From an uncultured Eubacteriales bacterium (lineage in GTDB: Bacteria; Bacillota; Clostridia; Oscillospirales; JAKOTC01), in assembly GCA_964587625.1 (NCBI GenBank), contig CAZPLU010000005.1, positions 10,091-74,090 on the forward strand: a stretch of DNA of 64,000 nucleotides. The letters run 5' to 3'. The notes beneath the pieces were generated by a model. That model was not told where the DNA came from and made no database searches. It was given only the letters and a program-made list of their open reading frames with translations. Shown in pieces: positions 37,266-48,352 of the stretch. The position numbers and the translations under genes are program-made. Each line of letters starts with the position of its first letter. Within the stretch, counting starts at the first letter, position 1.

Positions 37266-38781
37266 CAACTACCGCGAGGCGTTGAACGCGGTGAAATTAA
37301 ACGATGATTTCAATGAAAAAACCATCGCAATGCTGGAAAGCAAAATAAAACCGTCGCGTAAATTCCGTCTGAAACCCGCGCTTGCGGCAGGTCTTGCCGT
37401 GCTGCTTTTGAGCGGCGGCGCGTCGGCGTTCGCCATCGCGGCGGAGGCGAGGGAATACAACGCCGCCGTGGCATTTTTTTCGACCAATCATCTCCCGACC
37501 GAGGGCCTTTCGCGCGGCGAGATCAAAAGCGTCTGCCGCGACATCACGACCGGCAAATTCGCCCATGGCAAGACCGCCGAAGTGATTCAAAAAAGCGTCG
37601 GCGGTTACGAGATTTCGCAAAACGCGCCGACGCCGGAGGACGTCGAGGCGCTCTGGAACTATAAAAACGGCAACGGCAATCACTACTATATTCCGTTGGA
37701 CACCGGAGAATACCGGTACGACTATACGGAAAAATATGACGAATCACTCGCGTTATATGTGCCCGATAAGGTTTTATTCGGAAAATACGACGGCGACACC
37801 CTGCTCTGGCAGGCGGAACTCCCCGATTTCTCCATTAGCTTTTATACCGTTTACGGAGATTATATCGTATTATTCGGATGCAGCGACAGCCATTCCTCCG
37901 ATCAAGCGACATACGGGAGATTGGCTCTGCTTGATCAAAACGGGCAGATATTGTGGGACATCACTGCCGATAACGGATATCAAAGAGAATATTTTGAGAA
38001 AGCGGTCTGTGACGAAAACGGCATCACGGTGTTCGGCATGGTCAATCTGCCGATGACCGAAATCACCCAAGACGACGACCGGGTCACGCATAATTATTCC
38101 ACCGAAAAGGTGCTTGAGGTCATCCGCTATGATTACGGCGGAAACAAGATTCAACGCACCGAAAAAAAGGTCGGCAGCCACGCGGGGATATGGAACGCCG
38201 CAAAGTTCGGCGACGGCTGGCTCGTGCAAATGGGCGGTTATACCGAGGGCGAATATCTGTTGAAGGTGAACGCCGACGGGACCTTCGCCGATTCGTTCAC
38301 CTACAGCGCGCGGGACGCGGAATATTTCATCAACGATATGTTCGACTACAACGGCAAAATCTGGCTGAGTGCCTATTCGGTTCCCAAGCTCGATCCGGGC
38401 GAAGGCACGGCCGGGGGCAGATACGACATCGCGGGGATTTTAAACCCGATCTTTGAACATGAGGAATTTGACATTTCCAATGAGGAATTGACAAAGCGGG
38501 TGCGCGCGAACTTCACGGCGGTATTGCTCGTCTGCGACCCCGAAACCGGAGTGCCCGGCGAGTTTTATTCGGTCGAGGGGTCGCTCGGTTCCAAGCTGTC
38601 GGCGGATGAAAGCGGGCGGCTCATCTGGAAAGTCGAGCGCATCACCGACACCTATCTCTCAATGATGACTTCGTCTTTTACCATCGGCGGCGCGTGTGAC
38701 GTGTTTGAATATACGTTTGACGAAAGCGGTGCTTTGGTTAATCGGGCAAAAACAGAGGAAGTCACCCCGTTCAGACGGTAG
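37255..38781 (+). CDS. Putative anti-sigma factor: short cytoplasmic N-terminus, one TM segment, ~430-aa extracytoplasmic domain of unknown fold
   Basis: Overlaps the sigma gene by 11 nt. TM segment LKPALAAGLAVLLLSGGASAFAIA begins at about residue 40. GGAGG RBS. Confidence 0.6.
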   Translation: MKHNNYREALNAVKLNDDFNEKTIAMLESKIKPSRKFRLKPALAAGLAVLLLSGGASAFAIAAEAREYNAAVAFFSTNHLPTEGLSRGEIKSVCRDITTGKFAHGKTAEVIQKSVGGYEISQNAPTPEDVEALWNYKNGNGNHYYIPLDTGEYRYDYTEKYDESLALYVPDKVLFGKYDGDTLLWQAELPDFSISFYTVYGDYIVLFGCSDSHSSDQATYGRLALLDQNGQILWDITADNGYQREYFEKAVCDENGITVFGMVNLPMTEITQDDDRVTHNYSTEKVLEVIRYDYGGNKIQRTEKKVGSHAGIWNAAKFGDGWLVQMGGYTEGEYLLKVNADGTFADSFTYSARDAEYFINDMFDYNGKIWLSAYSVPKLDPGEGTAGGRYDIAGILNPIFEHEEFDISNEELTKRVRANFTAVLLVCDPETGVPGEFYSVEGSLGSKLSADESGRLIWKVERITDTYLSMMTSSFTIGGACDVFEYTFDESGALVNRAKTEEVTPFRR

Positions 38782-38887
38782 GGATTCCACTGACTCGGTG
38801 ATGACGAGATCCATCGGCTGCGCTCAGGATGATAAAATATAGTGAACTTGAAAAACAAGGCGAGGATAAACGGTAAGTGGCTTCACT

Positions 38888-38922
38888 AAACAGGCGGACG
38901 CAATCGCGTCCGCCTGTTTTTT
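38888..38922 (+). terminator. Intrinsic terminator after the anti-sigma gene
   Basis: 11-bp stem CAGGCGGACGC/GCGTCCGCCTG followed by TTTTTT. Confidence 0.85.
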
Positions 38923-38933
38923 AATACTATTGA

Positions 38934-39380
38934 TTATTCGGTACTGTCCGACTTGCGGATTTTAAATTTAACACTGAATATCTCGTGATTAAAACTCCGC
39001 CAAAACGCTTGACCCGGCAGATTGTCCGTCATACAGGAAAGCCCGATTTCATCGACCCCGAGTTGCTGAAACAGTAAACCGACTGCCTCTTTCCCAAAAC
39101 CCTGCCGCCGATGTTCGCGGGAAATAAAAAAATGCCGCACCCACATTTCAGATAAGTCAACCAGCGCGTAACCGATGATCTCACCATTTAATTGAAACGA
39201 ATAACCTGTATAGACACCTCTTTGAAACCAATCGCGCATTCGGTCTTCTAATTCCGAAACCGTCATCGTGTTTGTCTGCTGCCCCTCGTCGATCAGTTGT
39301 CTATTCATCAATGCCAACGCGGGGCAATCGTCAAGTGCGGTTGTTTCAATCGTGATTCTGTTTTTTTGATTCATCTTCAA
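38934..39380 (-). CDS. GNAT family N-acetyltransferase
   Basis: Acetyl-CoA binding motif RRQGFGKEAVGLL. Confidence 0.8.
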   Translation of the reverse strand: MKMNQKNRITIETTALDDCPALALMNRQLIDEGQQTNTMTVSELEDRMRDWFQRGVYTGYSFQLNGEIIGYALVDLSEMWVRHFFISREHRRQGFGKEAVGLLFQQLGVDEIGLSCMTDNLPGQAFWRSFNHEIFSVKFKIRKSDSTE

Positions 39381-39417
39381 ACCCTTCCGAACCCCGACAA
39401 CTTAAAAACTCTACACT

Positions 39418-40122
39418 TTAAATTTCACACTCCGCCAAATGCGGGCAGTGGTCGGACGCGACGATTTGAGGGATATCCGCGCCGACGACCGTTTTTACGT
39501 TTTTGGCGAAGATGTAATCGATTTTAACGCGCGGCGCGTCGGACGGCCAGCTTTTTAAAGTTTTATCCTTTAACAATGCCGCCGTATCGGTGTAGGACGC
39601 GTAAATCGGCGCCAAGATCGGATCATCGGGTTCGAGGTTAAAATCGCCCATTAAAATCGTCGGTCCGTTCCCGGTGTTGGCAAGCACGGTCGCAACGGCG
39701 TTTTTGGATTCGGCGCGGGCAAGTCCCATGTGGGTTGCAAGCACTGTAAAACCGTCAAATTCGGCTTTCAACAGGCAGCGGGTTTCGTAATATGTATCCT
39801 CGTCTTTTACGGGCGGATCGGGGATTTCAATGATCTTGACGGATTGAAACGGGATTTTCGAGAGGATGGCGTTGCCGTAATCGCCGTCGTCCGGAAATGT
39901 GATCGCGCGTGCGAAAAAATAATGCGGCCAACCGAGCAACCCGGCGATCCGCTCGGTTTGATGAAAATATCCCGGGTCGTCTCCGCCGTCGCGCACCTCG
40001 TTGAGCGCCACGACGTCGGGGTCGAATTTTCGTATCACGTCCGCGACCATCCCGAGGTCGATACCGCCTTTGAGATGGCGCATACCGTGCTGGATGTTAT
40101 AAGTCATAAAATTTAGTTTCAT
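39418..40122 (-). CDS. Endonuclease/exonuclease/phosphatase (EEP) family protein
   Basis: MTYNIQHG N-terminus, VALNEV, GDFN and C-terminal SDHCP motifs. Confidence 0.8.
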   Translation of the reverse strand: MKLNFMTYNIQHGMRHLKGGIDLGMVADVIRKFDPDVVALNEVRDGGDDPGYFHQTERIAGLLGWPHYFFARAITFPDDGDYGNAILSKIPFQSVKIIEIPDPPVKDEDTYYETRCLLKAEFDGFTVLATHMGLARAESKNAVATVLANTGNGPTILMGDFNLEPDDPILAPIYASYTDTAALLKDKTLKSWPSDAPRVKIDYIFAKNVKTVVGADIPQIVASDHCPHLAECEI

Positions 40123-40155
40123 GCGTGTAAACCGCCTTTTTATGATAATAGCTCT

Positions 40156-41550
<1,395 letters not shown>

Positions 41551-41611
41551 TTATTGATGTGACGCAATAGAAAACCCGAATTTTTTTGAAGTATTTATAT
41601 CCAAAAAATAT

Positions 41612-42160
41612 TCATGTTGCGTCTCGAAAAACGAGTGTTTTGCACAAAGCCGACTTGACGCCGAACGCGGCGGTGGCTTTGGCCAAGTCGAACGGGATGA
41701 ACGGAAACACGCAGATTGCCGACGCCGCCGCAAAACCGGTGCCGGTCACCTTGCAAAACCAGAGCGTTCCCAACCCGTAGCACAGCAGCAGCGAAACGGC
41801 GACGCCGAGCCAATAGCCGTACCAGCGGCCTTTGAACGCTTTTAACAACCCAGACATAGCCGGCGCCATCAGCGGATAGGCCATCAAATAGCCGCCGGTC
41901 GCGCCCATCAGCACGCCGACGCCCGCGCCGAAGCCCGAAAATACCGGCACGCCGACCGCTCCGATCAGGATATAGGTCAGTGTTGAAACGGTCGCCGGGA
42001 GCGGCGGCAGGATCGCCGCAGCCAAAAAGACGCCGAGCAGCGCCATGGTGATCGGCACCTGCCCGATCGGAATGGTGACGATCGAAAGCGCGCACAAAAT
42101 GGCGGCGAACAGGCCGCACAGGATGATGATTTTGAGTTTGGATCGGGGCGATTTCATCAT
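41612..42160 (-). CDS. bioY: Biotin ECF-transporter S component BioY
   Basis: IPIGQVPITMALLGVFLAAAILPP and GATGGYLMAYPLMA are BioY hallmarks. Lies 22 nt after the mannosidase stop. Confidence 0.85.
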   Translation of the reverse strand: MMKSPRSKLKIIILCGLFAAILCALSIVTIPIGQVPITMALLGVFLAAAILPPLPATVSTLTYILIGAVGVPVFSGFGAGVGVLMGATGGYLMAYPLMAPAMSGLLKAFKGRWYGYWLGVAVSLLLCYGLGTLWFCKVTGTGFAAASAICVFPFIPFDLAKATAAFGVKSALCKTLVFRDAT

Positions 42161-42182
42161 TTTATTGCAAACTCCGAACAAT

Positions 42183-44864
42183 TTAAAACGTAAATTCGAC
42201 CGTCTTGATTTCGTGCGGTTTGAGCGACAATAACACCTTGCCGTCCTGAACCGTCAATGCGGCCTTTTTATTTCCGAGGAAATCCGTCTCGGCGGCTGTT
42301 TGAATCGGTTTGGAAAGGGAAAACACGGCGTCGTCGGGTTGTTCGGCGGGGTTGAAGACGCGCAGCACGCCGTTCTTTTCGGACTTGAGCGCCAGCGCCG
42401 AAACCGCGCAGCTCTCGCTTTCGAGCGCGAAGAACGACTGCTCGGCATTCAAAGCGCCCGCGTGGACGCCGGTCTCGAAGGCCCGCAGCCCCGATTGATA
42501 AGCGACGCCGTTTTGCAAGGCCTTTGCGGGGGTTAGCGCGTTCGAAAACGCGGCGGCGTATTCAAACGCCAGCTCGGCCTGCATTTGCCCCATGTCGGCT
42601 TTGGGCTTGCAGACCTCGTTCGGGAACGCCCGGAACAGCGTCAGCGCAACGGTGCGGTCGGACTCGGTGACTTCGACCTCGTACAGCCCCTTGCTGTAAA
42701 GCGCGAAGGCGTTTTCGCCGTCCTCGAGAAAGACCGCGCCCTGCGTCGGGTTGACATTGGTCTCGATTTCGGCGGACTTGTCGTTGTTCGCCTTTTTCAC
42801 GTCCCATCTCTGCATGTCGAACGGCGTCCGGGTGTAAAATTCCCCGCTCTCGAAGCCCGTCGGGAACAGCACACGCAAGCGGTGGTCCTCGATTTCATTG
42901 TCAACCGTGGTTTGAAACGTGATCGTTTCGCTGCCCTTCAAAACCGTCGCGGTGGTGCGCAGTTCGAGCGTCTTGCGTTCGGTCGAGCGGGTCTTATCAG
43001 CCGGGTTATATTTTTCGGGCAGTTCGAATTTATGGGTCAGTTCAAGTACGGCGGCAAAAGGCCCGTCTGACAGCACGGCGAAGCCCGCGCAGCCGCCGAA
43101 AGTCGAAAACTCCGCGTCTCCCGCGGGCTTGACATAGTTCCAGCCGTCGCCGACGTCGCCGCAATCCTCGAAGGCCAGTTGGTTAAAATAGACCTTTCCG
43201 GTCTTTTTATCGGTCACCGTCAGCCCGCCGTTTTCGAACGCGACGGTCAAAACGCCGTTGTCCCAAACATTGCGGGCGGCGCGCATCGTGCCGCCGTAAC
43301 GCGAGGCGTCGGGCCGGTCGTTGCGGTACTCCCCGTCCCTTGGCATTTCGTAGTGTTCATATTTGACTCCGAGCGTAGTATAACCGCCCGCCGGAATTTT
43401 CAAACAGGCGGCGATTGCGACGTTTTCCTTTTCGTCGAAGCGGATGAGCTTGTGGATGGGGCTGACGGGTACCTGATAGACGCCGCCGACCGAGAGGATC
43501 TGATATGGGATTTCGGCCCCGTTTTTGTCGAACAATTTGAAGTTTTTATAGTCGCCCTTCGGTAACGCGAGCGTGAGAGCCGCATATCCCGAGACCGGTT
43601 TTTGCGAGGGGTTGAATACGGCGAACGCGGCGTCGCTTTGCAACGCAGAGGTGTCGATGTTTTCGGCGATCTGTTCGAGCGCGTCGGTGGCCATGCGCTC
43701 GCCGATGCGGAGCGCCTGATTGAAACGGAAGATATTGTCCGCGTGGATCTCGGTGGCCGAACAGCCGCAGATCGAGTCGTGCGGGTGGTTTTGCAACAAG
43801 TATTTCCACGCCTGCTTGAAAAAGCCGGCGCGCGGCAGCGGGTGGCGGATGTAAAAATCCCGTCTCGGATTTTCGATCATCGAGGACGCGAGGTCGAACG
43901 GCTCCGCCCACGCGGTCAGCAAATTTTCGCAGGCGGAATTCATCTGCTTCAAATGCACCATCGAGGACAGCACGTTTTTGAGCACGATGTTGTTGAGACC
44001 CTTTTGACCGACGTTGTAAAGCGAGCCCTCGATTTTTTGCAATTCGGGGCGTTCGGATTTAAAGGTTTTTTCAAATTCGCCGAAAGATGTTTGGATAAAT
44101 TCGTGCTCCGAGAAATGCCCGTTCAATTTTTTCAAAATTTCCGGCAGGCGCGGCTCGGCGTCGATGTGGTCGACCCCGTCCATCATCAGCAGGCAATTAC
44201 AGACGGCGGCTTTTTCGGAGCGTCCGAGCATCTCCCGCGCGCGGTGGAACAGCTCCTTGTCTTCGTATTCCCTGCCCTCGAACGGCCAGCGGATCGAAAA
44301 ATAGAAATTGCCGTAGGTGCGGTCGATGTCGAGCTTGAACGCGGTGATCTCGCTGCCGTCCGCGCCGACCCAGCAAAAAGCATCCTTCGGGAAATCGCCG
44401 ATGCCTCGGATGACCACGGCGGATTCAAAGCCGAAGCCCCTGACGATTTGGGGGAACTGGGCGTTGTGGCCGAAGATGTCGATGACATAACCGGTCTTCA
44501 TCGGCTCGGCGTGAAATTCTTTGCAAATTTCATGACCCTTTTGCAGGTTGCGCACCAGCGACTCGCCCGAGATCAAAAATTCGTCGGGCATGACGTACCA
44601 AGGACCGATGACGAGTTTGCCCGCGTCGATCAAGGCCTGCATGCGCGCCCGGTTCTCGGGGCGGATCTCCAGATAATCCTCGAGCACGATGGTCTGGCCG
44701 TCGGTGTGGAACACCTTATATTCGGGGTCCTGTTCCAAAATCTCGAGCAGCTCGTCGAACATGCGCACGAGCCGGAACCGATAGCTCTGAAAGGTCTCGT
44801 ACCACTCCCGATCCCAATGCGTGTGGGAGACGACAAAACACTTTTTCTTCTTGTTTTCGGCCAT
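42183..44864 (-). CDS. GH38 alpha-mannosidase (cytoplasmic)
   Basis: N-terminal VVSHTHWDREWY, plus FHTDGQT and GPWYVMPDEF. About 890 aa. Start at the Met 7 nt after AGGGGGA. Confidence 0.85.
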   Translation of the reverse strand: MAENKKKKCFVVSHTHWDREWYETFQSYRFRLVRMFDELLEILEQDPEYKVFHTDGQTIVLEDYLEIRPENRARMQALIDAGKLVIGPWYVMPDEFLISGESLVRNLQKGHEICKEFHAEPMKTGYVIDIFGHNAQFPQIVRGFGFESAVVIRGIGDFPKDAFCWVGADGSEITAFKLDIDRTYGNFYFSIRWPFEGREYEDKELFHRAREMLGRSEKAAVCNCLLMMDGVDHIDAEPRLPEILKKLNGHFSEHEFIQTSFGEFEKTFKSERPELQKIEGSLYNVGQKGLNNIVLKNVLSSMVHLKQMNSACENLLTAWAEPFDLASSMIENPRRDFYIRHPLPRAGFFKQAWKYLLQNHPHDSICGCSATEIHADNIFRFNQALRIGERMATDALEQIAENIDTSALQSDAAFAVFNPSQKPVSGYAALTLALPKGDYKNFKLFDKNGAEIPYQILSVGGVYQVPVSPIHKLIRFDEKENVAIAACLKIPAGGYTTLGVKYEHYEMPRDGEYRNDRPDASRYGGTMRAARNVWDNGVLTVAFENGGLTVTDKKTGKVYFNQLAFEDCGDVGDGWNYVKPAGDAEFSTFGGCAGFAVLSDGPFAAVLELTHKFELPEKYNPADKTRSTERKTLELRTTATVLKGSETITFQTTVDNEIEDHRLRVLFPTGFESGEFYTRTPFDMQRWDVKKANNDKSAEIETNVNPTQGAVFLEDGENAFALYSKGLYEVEVTESDRTVALTLFRAFPNEVCKPKADMGQMQAELAFEYAAAFSNALTPAKALQNGVAYQSGLRAFETGVHAGALNAEQSFFALESESCAVSALALKSEKNGVLRVFNPAEQPDDAVFSLSKPIQTAAETDFLGNKKAALTVQDGKVLLSLKPHEIKTVEFTF

Positions 44865-44886
44865 GACCATTCCCCCTGATCGTTTT

Positions 44887-45798
44887 TCAAATTCCCAAAT
44901 CGGCGAGGTTTTGCTGGTGCTGCTCAAAGGTCTCGGCGTAAGCATAAACGCCGGCGGCGTTCGCCGCGAAAAAGAGGTCGTTGGTTTCGAGGGGATTCAG
45001 CGCGGCCTTTATGGCGTCCATGCCCGGGTTGCAAATCGGGCCCGCCGGAAGCGCGGGGCATTTGTAGGTATTATAATATTCGTTATAACGGTTGATATCG
45101 CCCGTGATATATGGTTTAATGAATTTTTCGACATAGTTGATCGTGACGTCGCATTGCAGCTTCATGCCGGAGGAAAGGCGGTTGTGCAACACCGACGAGA
45201 CACGGCGCATCTCGCTCTTGACGCCGCACTCCTTTTCGATGATCGAGGCGATGGTCAAAATTTGGTCGACCGAATAACCCATTTCCGCCGCCTGTTCGCG
45301 CAGCTCGTCGCTCCACTTGGCCTCGCCGTTGCGTAAAAACCGCCCGATGGCGTCCTGCGGCTTCATGCCGTAATAAAACTCGTAGGTGTCGGGATAGAGA
45401 TAGCCCTCGAGCAAAAAACAACGATGTTCATTTGATTCGATGGCATCCACCAGCGGGTAGTAGGTATAATCATAGGTCGCTGCGGTCTTCCAAAGCTGCT
45501 CGGATTTACACACCCCGTTCTCCTCAAGCAGCTTGAAAATCTCAGACATGGTCATGCCCTCGGTGACGGTCACAAAAACCGTGTTTGGCCGGGAGGAAAT
45601 CGTCTGAGGCGGTACTTCCGCTGCGGATTCCGCGCTTGTCTCGGAATTTTCGGCAATATTTCCCGAGGTCTCTCCCGATGCCGCGACCGATGGCGCGGAG
45701 GGATTACTGAGTAAAAATCGGATCTGCTCACAGCCGAGGGTTGTGAGGCACAAGCCGAGCATTAAAAAGAACATGATCGCCGGTTTCAAGCGCTTCAT
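44887..45798 (-). CDS. mltG: Endolytic murein transglycosylase MltG (YceG family)
   Basis: N-terminal anchor/lipobox-like MKRLKPAIMFFLMLGLCLTTLGC. YceG motifs ASIIEKE and YNTYKCPALPAGPICNPGMDAIKAAL. Confidence 0.85.
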   Translation of the reverse strand: MKRLKPAIMFFLMLGLCLTTLGCEQIRFLLSNPSAPSVAASGETSGNIAENSETSAESAAEVPPQTISSRPNTVFVTVTEGMTMSEIFKLLEENGVCKSEQLWKTAATYDYTYYPLVDAIESNEHRCFLLEGYLYPDTYEFYYGMKPQDAIGRFLRNGEAKWSDELREQAAEMGYSVDQILTIASIIEKECGVKSEMRRVSSVLHNRLSSGMKLQCDVTINYVEKFIKPYITGDINRYNEYYNTYKCPALPAGPICNPGMDAIKAALNPLETNDLFFAANAAGVYAYAETFEQHQQNLADLGI

Positions 45799-46523
45799 AC
45801 GTCTTTTTCAAGTTCATAACCGCACTCAAGCATATCCTCACGAAAAAAATCGAACATGTGCTTGTCGTCGTCGTGCAGATAACGCCCGACCGAATCGGTC
45901 CGCATCGGAATCTTGACCGGTTTTATGCCCAAAAAGCGCTCGATACGGCGCAGGGTCTCCTCCTGATCAAAAATCATATCCTCAAAACGCACCGAAATGG
46001 TATGCTGCGGCTTCGGGGTCACACGCACCAATTCGCGTTGATAATACCAGCTGATCGCGCGGTTGCGGCGGATGTCGTCGGTTTTTTCATACCGGATGCC
46101 GAAATCGTTGAGGTCGTCGGTCAGGTGGCTTCCCAGAATGCAGTCACGCGGGTCGCGCACCCAATGGATATATCTGATGTCGGGGAACATCTTGACGATC
46201 CACGGATAGACCAGCGTGGTCTCGGGGATCTTCCAACCCTTGTTTGGGTTTGGGCTGGCAAACACCGATTTGAGATAGCTTGTGATCAGGCGCTTGAAGT
46301 CCCCGGTCGGCTCCATCGAGAGCACCTGCGAAAAATCCCATTTCAGACCGCCCTCAAAACGGACGTATTTTGCCATTTCGCGGCAGGCGTCGTACATGTC
46401 CTCCGGCGGGAGCAGATCCCCCGAGACATTGAGCGGCTCCCCCATGAAAACGCCGCTTTGCGAGAGCGTGTGCGAGATCGCCCGCGTGCCCGAATGACCT
46501 CTGCCGATCACTGTTACCATCAT
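45795..46523 (-). CDS. Cytoplasmic PAPS-dependent sulfotransferase family protein (243 aa)
   Basis: 5'-PSB-like loop VIGRGHSGTRAIS near the N-terminus and a 3'-PB-like YIHWVRDPRD. AAAGGA RBS before MMVTV. The 467-aa ORF in the track is an antisense extension over cysC. The stop overlaps the mltG start (ATGA). Confidence 0.7.
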   Translation of the reverse strand: MMVTVIGRGHSGTRAISHTLSQSGVFMGEPLNVSGDLLPPEDMYDACREMAKYVRFEGGLKWDFSQVLSMEPTGDFKRLITSYLKSVFASPNPNKGWKIPETTLVYPWIVKMFPDIRYIHWVRDPRDCILGSHLTDDLNDFGIRYEKTDDIRRNRAISWYYQRELVRVTPKPQHTISVRFEDMIFDQEETLRRIERFLGIKPVKIPMRTDSVGRYLHDDDKHMFDFFREDMLECGYELEKDV

Positions 46524-46632
46524 ATGCCGAAATCCTTTCACCGGTTGTCTTTTTTGATAAACTGGTTGTCGAAATTTTGGGTCGACATCCTCTCGACATT
46601 CTACAACACCGGATGCGTTTTTGCAAGCCATG

Positions 46633-46666
46633 TTGACTAATCCACGACAAAGCTTTAGAATATAAT
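46633..46666 (+). promoter_or_regulatory. Promoter of cysC-cysD-cysN
   Basis: TTGACT - 17 nt - TAGAAT, with an overlapping TATAAT just downstream. Confidence 0.55.
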
Positions 46667-46697
46667 CGGTCTTATATCGACCGCAATCGGGAGGGTT

Positions 46698-47297
46698 ATG
46701 ACGGTGAATGAAAACGTGTTCCGGCAAGAGCGTTTGACCGGCGAACAGGACAGAATCCGGGCGAATGGACATAAAGGCGCGGTCGTCTGGTTCACCGGGC
46801 TCTCGGGCAGCGGCAAATCGACCGTCGCGGCGCTGGTCGAAAAGCGACTGACCGACGAAGGGCTTTGCGCCTACCTGCTCGACGGCGATAACCTGCGCCG
46901 CGGGCTCTGCGGCGACCTCGGTTTTTCCGACGCCGACCGCGACGAAAACATCCGCCGCATTTCGGAGGTCGCGGCGCTGTTTGAGGACGCCGGGATCATT
47001 GCCCTTGTCAGCGCCATCTCGCCGTTCGAGAAAATGCGCGCGTTCGCCAAGGGCCGCTGTAAGCGGTTTTTGCTCGTCTATATGAACACAGGCATCGGAA
47101 CTTGCGAAAAGCGCGACCCGAAGGGGCTGTACGCCAAGGCGAAGCGCGGTGAACTCACCGGGTTTACGGGCATCGACGCGCCCTATGAAATCCCCCAAAA
47201 CCCCGATTTAATATTGGATACCGAAGCAATGAACGTCGAGGAATGCGCCGATGCGGTGATTGCGTTTATCAAAAAACAAATAACACCCGTTGAATAA
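46698..47297 (+). CDS. cysC: Adenylyl-sulfate (APS) kinase
   Basis: VVWFTGLSGSGKSTVA P-loop, LLDGDNLR and SAISPF. A GTG at 46704 is an alternative start. Confidence 0.88.
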   Translation: MTVNENVFRQERLTGEQDRIRANGHKGAVVWFTGLSGSGKSTVAALVEKRLTDEGLCAYLLDGDNLRRGLCGDLGFSDADRDENIRRISEVAALFEDAGIIALVSAISPFEKMRAFAKGRCKRFLLVYMNTGIGTCEKRDPKGLYAKAKRGELTGFTGIDAPYEIPQNPDLILDTEAMNVEECADAVIAFIKKQITPVE

Positions 47298-47336
47298 TCC
47301 GTTTTCGAAAAGATCATGATTTAAGGAGATACTTTC

Positions 47337-48218
47337 ATGGACCATCTCGACCGGCTCGAGGCAAAGAGCATCCACATCATCCGGGAGGCCTACAGCCAAT
47401 TCAAGTCGCTGTGCATGCTGTGGTCGATCGGCAAGGACAGCACGGTGCTGCTGTGCCTGGCGCGCAAGGCGTTTTACGGGCACGTCCCCTTCCCGCTCGT
47501 CCACATCGACACGCATTATAAGATCCCGGAGATGATCACATACCGCGACCGCCTTGCGCTATCTTGGAATTTGGATATGATCTACGGCGAAAACGCCGAG
47601 GCGCTGGCCGAAAAACGCACCTTCCCCGACGGCAATCTGTCCCGGATCGAGTGCTGCAAGGCGCTCAAGACCGAGGCGCTCGCGCACACCCTCGCGGGCG
47701 ACTGGCCGCGCTACCGGATGAACCACGCGCTCGGAAAATATGAGATCGACGGCAACACCGAGCCATACACCGGCGTGATCGTCGGCGTGCGGGCGGACGA
47801 GGAGGGCAGCCGCTCGAAGGAGCGCTATTTTTCGCCGCGCGACAGGCACAACGACTGGGATGTCGGCGATCAGCCGCCGGAATTTTGGGGGCAATACAAG
47901 ACCGATTTCAAGCCCGGCACGCACATCCGCATCCACCCGCTGCTGGACTGGACCGAACTGAACGTCTGGGAATACATCCGGCGCGAGAACGTGCCGGTGG
48001 TCTCGCTCTATTTCGATCAGGGCGAGGGGAAGCGCTACCGGTCGCTGGGCTGCCGGCCCTGTACCAAACCGGTCGAATCGACCGCGAAAAACCTCGACGA
48101 GATCATCGAAGAGCTGAAAACCGGGAAATTTTCCAACATCGCCGAACGCAGCGGGCGCGAGCAGGACAAGGAGGACGGCGGCGGGCTCGAAGAACTGCGC
48201 AAGGACGGGTACATGTAA
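47337..48218 (+). CDS. cysD: Sulfate adenylyltransferase subunit 2
   Basis: [15 protein letters not shown]...[14 protein letters not shown]-loop, C-terminal [15 protein letters not shown]. Confidence 0.9.
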   Translation: MDHLDRLEAKSIHIIREAYSQFKSLCMLWSIGKDSTVLLCLARKAFYGHVPFPLVHIDTHYKIPEMITYRDRLALSWNLDMIYGENAEALAEKRTFPDGNLSRIECCKALKTEALAHTLAGDWPRYRMNHALGKYEIDGNTEPYTGVIVGVRADEEGSRSKERYFSPRDRHNDWDVGDQPPEFWGQYKTDFKPGTHIRIHPLLDWTELNVWEYIRRENVPVVSLYFDQGEGKRYRSLGCRPCTKPVESTAKNLDEIIEELKTGKFSNIAERSGREQDKEDGGGLEELRKDGYM

Positions 48219-48352
48219 CGTGAAATCCCCTCACGTTGTGAGGTCTTTCACGTCTGGAAAAAGGCGCTTCACCTTATTTATTTAATCCGTATTATCGCGC
48301 CTTTTTCATCCCTGTAAAAATTTTTCCCTATATATCCCTATATAAATAAAGC

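Noticed and set aside
43602-44879. 425-aa plus-strand ORF opposite the GH38 mannosidase
   Set aside because: It is an antisense shadow ORF, whereas the minus frame has the diagnostic HTHWDREWY GH38 motifs.
46524-47198. N-terminal 224 aa of the 467-aa minus-strand ORF (45795..47198)
   Set aside because: This part lies antisense to the well-supported cysC gene and the intergenic promoter region. It has Arg/Gly/Ala-rich shadow-frame composition. A proper RBS and Met (MMVTVIGRGHSGT) start the sulfotransferase domain at 46523.
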